From the NCBI GenBank assembly GCA_002104905.1, contig MCFE01000240.1:55474-119473 (forward strand): 64,000 bases of DNA, read 5' to 3'. Made by a program: the position numbers and the translations under genes. The notes under the pieces were generated by a model. It was given only the letters and a program-made list of their open reading frames with translations, was not told where the DNA came from and did no database searches. This document shows, in pieces, positions 63,801 to 64,000 of this stretch (its first letter is position 1; each line of letters starts with the position of its first letter). Source of the stretch: Basidiobolus meristosporus CBS 931.73 (Eukaryota > Fungi > Basidiobolomycota).

Positions 63801-64000
63801 ATCCAGTTCTATTAGCTCTATATGTGGATGATCTTATTATAGCCGCCAATAACCTAGAAACATTGGAAGAGACTAAATCCAGCCTATCTAAGGAGTTCAA
63901 GATGTCTGATTTAGGAGAACTTAGTTACTACTTAGGGATTACGTTCTCCATAGACAGAAGTATCCAGACTATCACCCTAAAGCCAATCCAAGTATATTCA
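60528..64000 (+). mobile_element. Ty1/copia family A copy A4, least decayed; uses the 60528-60826 LTR as its 5' LTR and runs off the window
   Basis: PBS GGTTATGAGCCC at 60827-60838 directly follows the LTR that ends A3. Confidence 0.95.
60858..64000 (+). pseudogene. Copia gag-pol polyprotein (gag, CCHC, protease, integrase, RT) with two in-frame nonsense changes (62073, 63378)
   Basis: ATG at 60858; ORFs 60783..62075 and 62091..63380; CNYCKRKGHTSDRC, WYIDSGASQH, HSDLCG, FIDD, SDDGGEY, QQNGVAE; RT QMDVKTAFL and YVDDL beyond 63380. Confidence 0.93.

Noticed and set aside
1-64000. Host genes, tRNA/rRNA genes, CRISPR or satellite arrays
   Set aside because: Every sizeable ORF maps to TE sequence or is an antisense/alternative-frame shadow; no RNA-gene or regularly spaced repeat pattern was seen.

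Overview
Eukaryotic DNA (probably fungal; inferred from the TE families and one intron signal) made almost entirely of nested transposable elements. I found no host gene, RNA gene or CRISPR array. Contents: (i) Ty1/copia family A in four copies (fragment 1-3148; 41658-55826; and a tandem pair 56470-60826 and 60528->64000 sharing one LTR) and copia family B in two copies (19525-22723 minus; 26293-30380 with a 5-bp TSD); (ii) a Ty3/gypsy complex (6295-19407) with four LTRs and an internal inversion, whose two junctions join LTR ends to the same duplicated 4 bp of pol; (iii) three copies of a ~3.4-kb PIF/Harbinger-type (PHIS, Pangu-like) DNA transposon with AGACTTGTTCC TIRs, ANT TSDs, a CpG-free transposase gene and a divergent, CpG-rich, probably spliced ORF2, plus a related ~730-bp foldback MITE; (iv) several CACTA/EnSpm-like elements with CCCTATGAAAAAT termini and a divergent ORF2 of unknown function; (v) five solo LTRs with TSDs. 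CpG is strongly depleted, and comparing copies shows CpG->TpG/CpA decay. Almost every ORF is pseudogenized. Boundaries, TSDs and difference counts were read by eye and should be confirmed by alignment. The most interesting signals are the integrase-type gypsy inversion, the CpG-free/CpG-rich split inside the Pangu-like element with its spliced ORF2, and an LTR family whose 4-bp TSDs appear centred on CpG.
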